A DNA stretch of 64,000 nt from Bdellovibrionales bacterium. GTDB taxonomy: Bacteria; Bdellovibrionota; UBA1018; CAIMNF01. Made by a program: the position numbers and the translations under genes. This document shows, piece after piece, positions 9,066 through 17,252 of this stretch (position 1 is the first letter of the stretch; every line of letters starts with the position of its first letter). The notes under the pieces are model-generated. The model ran no database searches. It saw nothing but the letters and a program-made list of their open reading frames with translations, and was not told where the DNA came from. The stretch spans positions 10,580 through 74,579 of the forward strand of contig CANHQK010000001.1 in assembly GCA_947462765.1 (NCBI GenBank), in the 5' to 3' direction.

Positions 9066-9439
9066 GTCTGAACCTCGCGGAGCGACAGGATCCCGTTCAT
9101 GATCGCTTCAGGACGGGGAGGGCAGCCCGTGACATAAATATTGACGGGAAGTCGCGGGTCTCCGGGAGTCGGGAACAATCCTCCCCCGCAAGCACAAGTT
9201 CCGATCGCGATCACATACTTGGGTGACCTCATCCGGTCAAAATGGGCAACCGCCTCTTCGAACAGCACCCGGTTGAGCGTTCCCTGGACCACCAGCAGGT
9301 TGGCATCCTCCGCGTGTTCCGACGCGACACACCCGAGCCGCTCCAGATCGTACCGGCTGGATTCGGTCTGGATCCAATCATCTCCGCAACAGGTGAGACC
9401 CACCCGCACGTATTTCAGTGTGGGCTTAAACTTCGTCAT
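9062..9439 (-). CDS. NuoB-like small subunit with a complete [4Fe-4S] cysteine set
   Basis: 125 aa. Motifs GLTCCGDDW (tandem CC), IGTCACGGG and VTGCPPRPE. 4-nt overlap with the NuoD-like gene. Confidence 0.85.
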   Translation of the reverse strand: MTKFKPTLKYVRVGLTCCGDDWIQTESSRYDLERLGCVASEHAEDANLLVVQGTLNRVLFEEAVAHFDRMRSPKYVIAIGTCACGGGLFPTPGDPRLPVNIYVTGCPPRPEAIMNGILSLREVQT

Positions 9440-9650
9440 CTGCGTCCTTTTTGAGGTAATGTTGGGTCGCCAGAAAGAATGACAAAAACACTACCATCAT
9501 CACGAGAATCGCGATTAAATACGGGATGATCCTGATCTCGCTCGAGATGAATAGAGGGAGTGCCACCAATAGGGGGATCCACAGGTAAAGTATGACCTGC
9601 GTAAGCTGTGTCGTCTTGATTTCAAAGGGCAAAATCTTCCTAGGATCCAT
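9426..9650 (-). CDS. Small 2-TM membrane protein, first gene of the complex-I-like module
   Basis: 74 aa with two hydrophobic spans (VILYLWIPLLVALPLFI and IIPYLIAILVMMVVFLSFFLA) and an acidic tail. 14-nt overlap with the NuoB-like gene. Confidence 0.5.
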   Translation of the reverse strand: MDPRKILPFEIKTTQLTQVILYLWIPLLVALPLFISSEIRIIPYLIAILVMMVVFLSFFLATQHYLKKDADDEV

Positions 9651-9691
9651 GGATTCATGAAAAGGCTAATTGAAGGTGAAGGGGTGAGTCA

Positions 9692-12600
9692 ATGCCTGCC
9701 GGTCCGAGCGAGATAAATTTATCGCCACTTCTCGCAAGAGCCGCCGCCGCCTGGTTCGCGACCCCTGGTGCGGACACCCGCATCCAGGTTCATCTTTTTC
9801 CTGAACAGGAACGGGCGGACGAGTTCGCCGACCTTCTGCGTAGCTTTGCCGAGGCCGACCCCCGAGGTGATCGTGTCGAGATCGCCATGTGGACCGCTTC
9901 GGAGCACGCGCCATTCTCGCCGGTCTCCCCCTCTTTGTCCCAGCGGACCGCTCGGCTCAGGACTCTCGCCCTGCTCCACTCTTCCCCGCACAAGGTCATC
10001 CTGATCGGAACCGCTGGGTCCTGGCTCCAGCCGACTCTTCCCGCCCAAGTGCGTGCCGAGTCGAAGCTGGTGCTCGAATGCGATCGTGACTCTGGTACAC
10101 GCGACGCACTCCGCTCCAAAATGAGGGCACTCGGATATGTTCCATCAGATCTGGTACAAGAGCCCGGACAATTCGCGTTCCGTGGCGAGATTCTCGATTT
10201 TTTCCCACCCGAGAACGAGCGCCCTTTCAGAGTGGGGTTCTTCGATACCGTCCCTGAAAGCATCCGGGTTTTCCATCCTGAAACCCAAAGAACCCTGGCT
10301 GAGCCGGCTGGACTCTTGCGAATCGAGGCCGGTCCGGCGGAGGAGGCCCTTCTGCCGTGGGGTCGGATCGAGCCGGTGCTCGAGCGAATCAAGGAATACT
10401 GTGACCACCATCAGATTTCGAGGAAGATCCGGGATCCGGTGTTCGAGAATATCAGGGCCGGTTTCATGCCGGACCACGCCAGGACCTGGATCCCGTTTCT
10501 CTACGGAGCGACTGCCGGCCTGAGCGATCACCTGCCTGAGAATGCTCCGGTTTACATCCATGAGCGGCAACGCTTCGAATCCTCATTTAATGAGCATCTG
10601 GCTTGGCTGAAGAAAGAGGAGGCTCGCTACACTGAGCGCCACTGGATCACCCCCGACTTCGGAATGCTGTATCCGCGCGCGGAATCTAAAATCGAAGAAC
10701 TGCGTCATCGAGCGATAGATCCGAGGGCGGAAGTTCTGGACCCCCTGGAAAATCCTCGAGTCGGAGAGCAGGAGATTCTCGAGTGGCTCGATGACGGTTT
10801 TTCCGTATGGATCGGAAGCCGGGGCCCCTCTCACCAGGACCGGATCCGGCATCATCTGAAGCAGGCCACCCGCCATCCCGGTCTCCGACTGCTCTCATCC
10901 GATCCCGAGGAATCGGGGGTGTTTCCGGTCAGGAAAACGGTGGTGCTCTCCGAACGTGCGATTTTCGCAGGGGAGAGTGGAGGAAAAACCGCCTCGAAGG
11001 CCCGCCATCCCAAATTCGAGAAGAACCCGGCCCTCGCCTTTCAACGGCTTGAGGATCTCGCTCCTGGCGACCTGGTCGTCCATTCACTCCACGGGGTCGG
11101 ACGGTACCTCGGCATGCAGGAGCTTCGGTCAGGCGCTCAAGGCTCCGGTGAATACCTGCTGATCGAATACGCCTCGGGTGACAAACTTTATCTGCCGGTT
11201 TACCGCCTCAACAACATCCAGCGCCATGCCGCAGGCGGAGCGAGCGGAGGACTCGACCGTCTCGGAAGCGGTCAGTTCGATCGGGCCAAACAAAAAGCTC
11301 GTGAATCCGCGAGGAAACTTGCGATCAACCTGGTCGAGATCTACGCCAAGAGAGCCTTATTGAAGGGTCCTCGCTTCGACCCCCCTTCGGACGACTATTT
11401 CAGCTTTTGCGAAAAGTTCGAGTTCCAGGAAACCGATGGTCAAATGAATGCGGTCCGGGACATCCTTCACGATCTCGAGTCGGCCAAATTACTCGACCGC
11501 CTGGTGTGCGGGGATGTGGGCTTCGGCAAGACCGAGGTCGCTATCCGTGCCGCCTTTCAGGCCGTTCAAAACGGGTACCAGGTCGCGGTCCTGGTTCCCA
11601 CCACCTTGCTCGCATTCCAACACGAACAATCCTTCAAAAACCGGATGCGTGACTTCGCGGTACGAATCGAGTCGATCTCCAGGTTCAAGACCCGGACGAT
11701 CCAGAACACCCTTTTGAAGGAACTGCAGGATGGTAAAATCGATATTTTGATCGGCACACATCGACTGCTTTCGAAAGATGTTCGCTGGTCGAATCTCGGC
11801 CTATTGATCGTTGATGAGGAACACCGCTTCGGAGTCGAACACAAGGAAAAGATCAAGGCCATCCAGGCCGATACGCACACCCTCACTCTGACCGCGACCC
11901 CGATTCCGCGAACGCTCAACATGGCTCTTTCGGGACTGAAAGACATCAGCGTCATCCAATCTCCGCCAACCAACAGGCAGCCGATCCAGACCCATGTTTC
12001 CGCTTGGTCCCCGGAACTGGTGAAGAACGCCATCGAGACCGAGCTCGCGCGCGGTGGACAGGTTTTTTATCTGCACAACAAGGTTCAAAGTATTCAGCAC
12101 CATGCCAACGAGATCCAGAAGCTGGTCCCGTCCTGCAAGGTGATTGTCGCCCACGGCCAGATGTCCGAGACCGAAATCGAAGAAAAAATGCTCGAGTTCT
12201 ACCGCGGGCAGGCCCAGGTGCTCGTCTGCACCACCATCATTGAGTCTGGAATCGACGTCCCGAACGCCGGGACCATTCTGATCGATCGGGCCGATCAACT
12301 CGGCCTGGCCCAACTCTATCAGATCCGGGGAAGGGTAGGCCGGAGCCACAGGCGCGCTCATGCATACCTACTGGTCAGAGAAGAGGGGGCGCTCACCGAC
12401 GAGGCCAAACAACGCCTCGATGCACTCCAACGCTTTGTCGAGCTGGGCAGCGGTTTTCAAATCGCCTCACTCGATCTCGAGATCCGTGGTGGAGGAAACG
12501 TACTCGGAGGAGAGCAATCCGGGCACATCGCCTCGATCGGGCTCGATCTTTACACGGAGATGCTCGAGGAAGCGATTCAGGAGCTACGAGGCAAGAAGAT

Positions 12601-13096
12601 CGATATCGAGGAAAGACGATTCGAGCCGGAACTGCAGGTTCCCGCCCTCTGTGAAATCCGCGCCTCACTGATCCCCGACAGCCGTCTCCGACTCTCGCTC
12701 TACCGCCGGCTCTCAAGAGCGCAGACGGAAGCCGAGATCGCTGCCCTTGAGGAGGAATTCCGTGACCGCTTCGGAGAAGTCCCCGAGGAAACCTCCAACT
12801 TGTTCTGGCTGATCCGTCTCAAAAGCCTCCTGAAACACGTGGGAATCGAGCATTTGTCCGCGAACCAGGAGCGGGTCGCCTACACCGTCAGAAAATCGAC
12901 ACTGGTCGATCCGGACGAGGCCATGAAGGTGGTGGCGGGGCCCAAGAACATTCGTGACCCTCGCGTTCAAATCACACCGGATTCGAAAATTGTTCTGCGA
13001 TCACCGTTTCAAGACATGAAGACACTGGTCTTTGAAACGGAAACCCTCTTGAAGCGGATCGCTCCCAAAGCATTTGAAAACGGAATCGCCGGCTGA
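9692..13096 (+). CDS. mfd: Transcription-repair coupling factor Mfd
   Basis: 1134 aa. Motifs GDVGFGKTEVA (Walker A), VDEEHRFGV and LTATPIPRTL, plus the C-terminal TRG/D7 region. Confidence 0.95.
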   Translation: MPAGPSEINLSPLLARAAAAWFATPGADTRIQVHLFPEQERADEFADLLRSFAEADPRGDRVEIAMWTASEHAPFSPVSPSLSQRTARLRTLALLHSSPHKVILIGTAGSWLQPTLPAQVRAESKLVLECDRDSGTRDALRSKMRALGYVPSDLVQEPGQFAFRGEILDFFPPENERPFRVGFFDTVPESIRVFHPETQRTLAEPAGLLRIEAGPAEEALLPWGRIEPVLERIKEYCDHHQISRKIRDPVFENIRAGFMPDHARTWIPFLYGATAGLSDHLPENAPVYIHERQRFESSFNEHLAWLKKEEARYTERHWITPDFGMLYPRAESKIEELRHRAIDPRAEVLDPLENPRVGEQEILEWLDDGFSVWIGSRGPSHQDRIRHHLKQATRHPGLRLLSSDPEESGVFPVRKTVVLSERAIFAGESGGKTASKARHPKFEKNPALAFQRLEDLAPGDLVVHSLHGVGRYLGMQELRSGAQGSGEYLLIEYASGDKLYLPVYRLNNIQRHAAGGASGGLDRLGSGQFDRAKQKARESARKLAINLVEIYAKRALLKGPRFDPPSDDYFSFCEKFEFQETDGQMNAVRDILHDLESAKLLDRLVCGDVGFGKTEVAIRAAFQAVQNGYQVAVLVPTTLLAFQHEQSFKNRMRDFAVRIESISRFKTRTIQNTLLKELQDGKIDILIGTHRLLSKDVRWSNLGLLIVDEEHRFGVEHKEKIKAIQADTHTLTLTATPIPRTLNMALSGLKDISVIQSPPTNRQPIQTHVSAWSPELVKNAIETELARGGQVFYLHNKVQSIQHHANEIQKLVPSCKVIVAHGQMSETEIEEKMLEFYRGQAQVLVCTTIIESGIDVPNAGTILIDRADQLGLAQLYQIRGRVGRSHRRAHAYLLVREEGALTDEAKQRLDALQRFVELGSGFQIASLDLEIRGGGNVLGGEQSGHIASIGLDLYTEMLEEAIQELRGKKIDIEERRFEPELQVPALCEIRASLIPDSRLRLSLYRRLSRAQTEAEIAALEEEFRDRFGEVPEETSNLFWLIRLKSLLKHVGIEHLSANQERVAYTVRKSTLVDPDEAMKVVAGPKNIRDPRVQITPDSKIVLRSPFQDMKTLVFETETLLKRIAPKAFENGIAG

Positions 13097-13108
13097 TAAA
13101 CTCGGGTT

Positions 13109-13924
13109 ATGAAAAAAATCCTCGCCCTTTCCTTGCTGAGCTGTCTGGTCCTGGCGTCGCCCGAAGTCCATGCTGTCACCGAGGCTGCCCGGGTCAATGA
13201 TCATGTGATCACCCAAGAAGAGGTGAATGCCAGACTTCTTGAAATCAGCCGCGCGAATCCGGCCGTCGCACCGACCCGTAAACTGATCATCGAAGAGTTG
13301 ATCAAACGAGAAGTCGCGATCCAGGAGGCGAAAAAACTGAAGCTCGACCAGGATCCGATTGTTGTGGAGCGCATTAACAATGTGCTCTATCTCGCTCTCA
13401 TCGAAAAAAACCTGGGCGCGGAATTCGAGAGAATGACCATCAGCGACTCGGAGGCCAAGAGCTGGTACCAGAAAAACCCCGAGATTCGCACCAGCCATGT
13501 GTTCATCGCACTTCCACCCCAAGCGACACCCGAGGAGGAAGGTCGTGCATCGAAGCGTCTGATCGAGATCCAGAGTGAGATCAAATCAGGAAAGATCTCT
13601 TTCGCTGAAGCGGCCCAGAAATATTCAGAGGACCCCAGCGCCGCGCTTGGCGGTGATCTGGATTACCGGATGAAAGACCGCCTGGATCCGGCCTACTTCA
13701 GAGCTGCGATCAAGCTCGCCAAACCCGGAGACACCTCGGCTCCGGTGAGGACCCCTTTCGGCGTTCATTTGATCCGACTGACCGGGAAGCGCACCTGGGT
13801 CGAATCAGACCGGACACAAGTGAAGCGCCTCATACTTGAGGAGCGCCGCCAAGAAAAGGTTTCAGAATTTCTGGGCAAACTGCGTCAAAGGGCTAAAGTC
13901 AGCATCTCTGATCGGGCACTCTGA
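13109..13924 (+). CDS. Secreted parvulin-type peptidyl-prolyl isomerase (PpiC/PrsA-like)
   Basis: 271 aa. Signal peptide MKKILALSLLSCLVLASPEVHA. Parvulin core SHVFIALP...FAEAAQKYSEDPSAALGGDLDY...PFGVHLIRL. Confidence 0.8.
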   Translation: MKKILALSLLSCLVLASPEVHAVTEAARVNDHVITQEEVNARLLEISRANPAVAPTRKLIIEELIKREVAIQEAKKLKLDQDPIVVERINNVLYLALIEKNLGAEFERMTISDSEAKSWYQKNPEIRTSHVFIALPPQATPEEEGRASKRLIEIQSEIKSGKISFAEAAQKYSEDPSAALGGDLDYRMKDRLDPAYFRAAIKLAKPGDTSAPVRTPFGVHLIRLTGKRTWVESDRTQVKRLILEERRQEKVSEFLGKLRQRAKVSISDRAL

Positions 13925-13987
13925 CGCAGCCCTTCACGCCCGGCATTGTCGTTGGATTCCTCTTGGATTCATGAGAAAAACGTGAGG

Positions 13988-14941
13988 ATGAAACTCTCCC
14001 TCCGGCTCGTTCTTTTGTGTGCCGTCACCCCGGCTTTCGGGTCCCTCTCTGTACGGGCAGAAGTCGTCGAGCAGGTTGCGGCAGTGGTGAACAAGAAAGC
14101 GATCTACAAGTCAGACCTTTCGATCTTCAGAAACACGCTCCCGCTCCGGTCCAAGGTTGATCCGCTGTTTGCAGGTGAGGCCCTGGCGAAGAAAGCCAAT
14201 CCATCGGATCAGGAGATCCTCGACTTCCTCATCAATGAGACCATGATTCTCGAGAAGTTTCCGGCCTCGGACGGGGATGTTGAGCAGGAGATCAACAGCA
14301 TCCAAGCCAACATGCGGATCAATCGCGATGCCCTCAAAGCTGCGATACGCCGTGAGGGCTTCCGATTCGAGGACTACTTTCGCCTGATGCGCTCCTCGAT
14401 TTCCAAACGACTTCTCATCGAGAGGGAAATCAGGAACAAGGCCGCTGTGTCAGAGGATGAGATCCGGACCGAATACAACCGGATCAATGCCGGTTCGAAA
14501 ACATTCAGAGGTTCTTTCCGTCTGCACCTGATCCGGATCGACAAGAAGAACTATCGCACACCGACCCTGGCCCGTGAGGCTGCCAGTGAAGCTTTAGCTG
14601 CCTTGAATAAAGGGGAGTCCTTTCAAGATGTCGCCTCGCGCACGCATGTGGATGGCGGCTCCGGAGATCTCGGATTCCTCTCTTACTCGGACATGCAGCC
14701 CGTGATCCAGCAAGAGGTTCGTCGACTTGGAACAGGAAAAACCGGAGGTTTGATCGAGGACGCTTCCGCATTCATGATCGTCAAAGTTGGAGAAGTCCGT
14801 GCCGAGACGGACTCCGGTCTTGATCGAGAGCGAGAGGGCATCCGGGCACGCCTCATGGATGCTGAGTTCCGTCATCAATTGCGGCTTTGGCTTGATCGCG
14901 AGCGATCCAAGAATCTGGTGAAAGTGAACCTCCGCTCATGA
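13988..14941 (+). CDS. surA: SurA-like periplasmic chaperone/PPIase
   Basis: The ORF track starts at a TTG at 13946. The ATG at 13988 gives the signal peptide MKLSLRLVLLCAVTPAFGSLSVRA. There is a SurA-N-like helical region and a parvulin-like segment FRLHLIRID. The surA-pdxA synteny is conserved. Confidence 0.72.
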   Translation: MKLSLRLVLLCAVTPAFGSLSVRAEVVEQVAAVVNKKAIYKSDLSIFRNTLPLRSKVDPLFAGEALAKKANPSDQEILDFLINETMILEKFPASDGDVEQEINSIQANMRINRDALKAAIRREGFRFEDYFRLMRSSISKRLLIEREIRNKAAVSEDEIRTEYNRINAGSKTFRGSFRLHLIRIDKKNYRTPTLAREAASEALAALNKGESFQDVASRTHVDGGSGDLGFLSYSDMQPVIQQEVRRLGTGKTGGLIEDASAFMIVKVGEVRAETDSGLDREREGIRARLMDAEFRHQLRLWLDRERSKNLVKVNLRS

Positions 14942-15864
14942 GCCCCCTCGAAATCGTGATCACCCCCGGTGATCCGGAAGGAATCGGACCGGAAGTGACC
15001 CGCAAGGCTTTGCGCCTGCTGAAGGCGGAGCTGAAGAATGTGTCGATCATCCTGGTGGGCTCTTCCTCCCGGTTTCCAAAACTTTCCGGTGTGCGCTTCA
15101 TCGAGCCCCCCGGAAGGGCCAGTCCCGGTTACCAGTCGGGCTGGGCTGTCGAGGCCGCAACCCGATATGTGATGGAGTCTCCGGCAAATCGCGCTCTCGT
15201 CACCGGGCCGATCAGCAAAGAACGATTGAAGAAGGCCGGATTTCCCTATCAGGGGCATACCGATTTCCTAGCCTCCCTGACGTCGACCCGGGGAGTGACC
15301 ATGATGTTGGCGAACGAAACCTTCCGGGTCTGTCTGGTCACCAATCATTGCCCACTTTCGGAGGTTGCGGCAAAGATCACCCCGGGCGCTCTCGAAACCG
15401 CCCTCCTCCATGCGAGAAAGTTTTGTCATGATCTTCTCGGAAAGAAAAACCCGAGGATTGCAGTACTCGGACTCAATCCCCACTCGGGCGAGGCGGGGCT
15501 TCTGGGGGCGGAGGAACAAACCGTCATCCGTCCGTGCCTGAAGCGCCTTTCAGCCCGTTATCGCGATTGCGAGATTTCCGGACCGCACCCCGCAGACTCT
15601 TTCTTCGCAGTGGAGGCCTCGCGGAAACCGAGAGACCGCCACGACGTGATTCTAGCCATGTATCATGATCAAGGGCTGATCCCGGTCAAACTGTCCGGAT
15701 TCAGCGAAAGCCTCAACATGACCCTCGGGCTTCCGATCATCCGCACCTCCGTGGATCATGGCACTGCCTTTGATATCGCGGGCAAGAATCTCGCGGACGC
15801 CGGGAGCATGGTCTATGCGATCCGGAAAGCCATCCAGTATCTCAAAAAAAGGAGCACGACATGA
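14938..15864 (+). CDS. pdxA: 4-hydroxythreonine-4-phosphate dehydrogenase PdxA
   Basis: 308 aa. Motifs ITPGDPEGIGPE, NPHSGEAGLLG, YHDQGLIP and SVDHGTAFDIAG. Confidence 0.9.
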   Translation: MSPLEIVITPGDPEGIGPEVTRKALRLLKAELKNVSIILVGSSSRFPKLSGVRFIEPPGRASPGYQSGWAVEAATRYVMESPANRALVTGPISKERLKKAGFPYQGHTDFLASLTSTRGVTMMLANETFRVCLVTNHCPLSEVAAKITPGALETALLHARKFCHDLLGKKNPRIAVLGLNPHSGEAGLLGAEEQTVIRPCLKRLSARYRDCEISGPHPADSFFAVEASRKPRDRHDVILAMYHDQGLIPVKLSGFSESLNMTLGLPIIRTSVDHGTAFDIAGKNLADAGSMVYAIRKAIQYLKKRSTT

Positions 15865-17252
15865 ATCCAGCCATTTTCAGGGAGTACGACATTCGCGGGA
15901 TCGCGGGAAAAGACCTTTCAGCCGATTTTGCGAGAGAACTGGGAAGAACCTATGCCGAATGGGCCTACCGGAAAACCGGCGCAAGCTCGATGACGGTCTC
16001 GGTAGGACGGGACTGCCGCTTGACCAGTGACGAGTACGCTTCGGCATTGATCGCGGGACTCCGCGAGTCGGGGGTGTCGGTGATTGACATCGGGACCTGT
16101 CCGACCCCTCTCACCTATTTCTCGGTTCATCACTTCAAAACCGACGGTGCCATCATGATCACCGGATCGCACAATCCGTCCGAGTACAATGGTTTCAAGA
16201 TCGGCATCGGCAAGGACACTCTTCACGGGGAGCAAATCCAGGAATTGAAGCGGGTCATGCAGGACGGTCGCTACACGCCCCGTGCGCAGGGGGGGTATCG
16301 GCAGGAGGAGATCATTCCCCACTACCTCGACTATGTCGCATCAAGATCACATCCCGTCCGCAAACTGAAGGTCGTGCTGGATGCGGGCAACGGAACCGCC
16401 TCAACCGTAGCACCCGAGCTATTCAAGCGCATAGGTGCCGACGTCATTCCCTTGTTTTGTGAACTGGACGGGCGATTTCCGAACCATCATCCCGATCCGA
16501 CCGTGCCGAAGAATCTGACCCATCTGATCGAAGCCGTGAGACGCAACGGTGCGGACTTCGGAATCGGTTACGACGGTGATTCCGACCGGATCGGAGCGGT
16601 GGACTCCGCCGGCCGGGTCATCTACGGAGACGAACTGATGGTGATCTTTTCCCGTGAGGTTTTGAAGGAACACCCTGGCGCGACCATCATTTCTGAAGTG
16701 AAATCAAGCCAGCGACTCTACCAGGATATCGAGAAGAACGGTGGCAAGGGGATCATGTGGAAGACCGGGCACTCCCTGATCAAGTCGAAAATGAAGGAAA
16801 CCCGTGCCCACTTGGCGGGAGAAATGTCCGGTCATATCTTTTTTGCGGACCGCTGGTTCGGATTCGACGATGCGATTTACGCCTCCCTCAGGCTTTATGA
16901 AATCGTGGCAAAGGAGGGCCCCCTCCACACCCTGACCGCCGATCTGCCTGCCGCGCACAACACCCCGGAAATTCGGATCGATTGCGAGGAGGAAAAGAAG
17001 TTCCGTCTGATCGAGGAGGCCGCAAAGCTGCTCCATGATCCTGAGGCCCGATTGACCACCATCGACGGTTTACGGGTTGACTATTCAGACCGCTGGGGCC
17101 TCATCCGTGCTTCCAACACTCAACCGGTGATTGTCATGCGCTTTGAGGCGCGGACAGAAGAACTCCTACACGGCATCCAGAAACGTTTCGAATCGGCCCT
17201 TCAGCAGGCCGCAAGGATCTGCGGACATGGCGAATTCGGAACCGGACACTGA
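15861..17252 (+). CDS. Phosphomannomutase/phosphoglucomutase (alpha-D-phosphohexomutase)
   Basis: 463 aa. Active-site loop TGSHNPSEYNGFK, metal loop GYDGDSDR, and GEMSGH. Confidence 0.9.
   Translation: MNPAIFREYDIRGIAGKDLSADFARELGRTYAEWAYRKTGASSMTVSVGRDCRLTSDEYASALIAGLRESGVSVIDIGTCPTPLTYFSVHHFKTDGAIMITGSHNPSEYNGFKIGIGKDTLHGEQIQELKRVMQDGRYTPRAQGGYRQEEIIPHYLDYVASRSHPVRKLKVVLDAGNGTASTVAPELFKRIGADVIPLFCELDGRFPNHHPDPTVPKNLTHLIEAVRRNGADFGIGYDGDSDRIGAVDSAGRVIYGDELMVIFSREVLKEHPGATIISEVKSSQRLYQDIEKNGGKGIMWKTGHSLIKSKMKETRAHLAGEMSGHIFFADRWFGFDDAIYASLRLYEIVAKEGPLHTLTADLPAAHNTPEIRIDCEEEKKFRLIEEAAKLLHDPEARLTTIDGLRVDYSDRWGLIRASNTQPVIVMRFEARTEELLHGIQKRFESALQQAARICGHGEFGTGH

Noticed and set aside
12832-12850. 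A CACGTG core (TGAAACACGTGGGAAT) inside mfd as a second parS. Similar cores occur near 24190 and 31470.
   Set aside because: The flanks do not match the TGTTNCAC/GTGNAACA half-sites, and only the central hexamer is shared.
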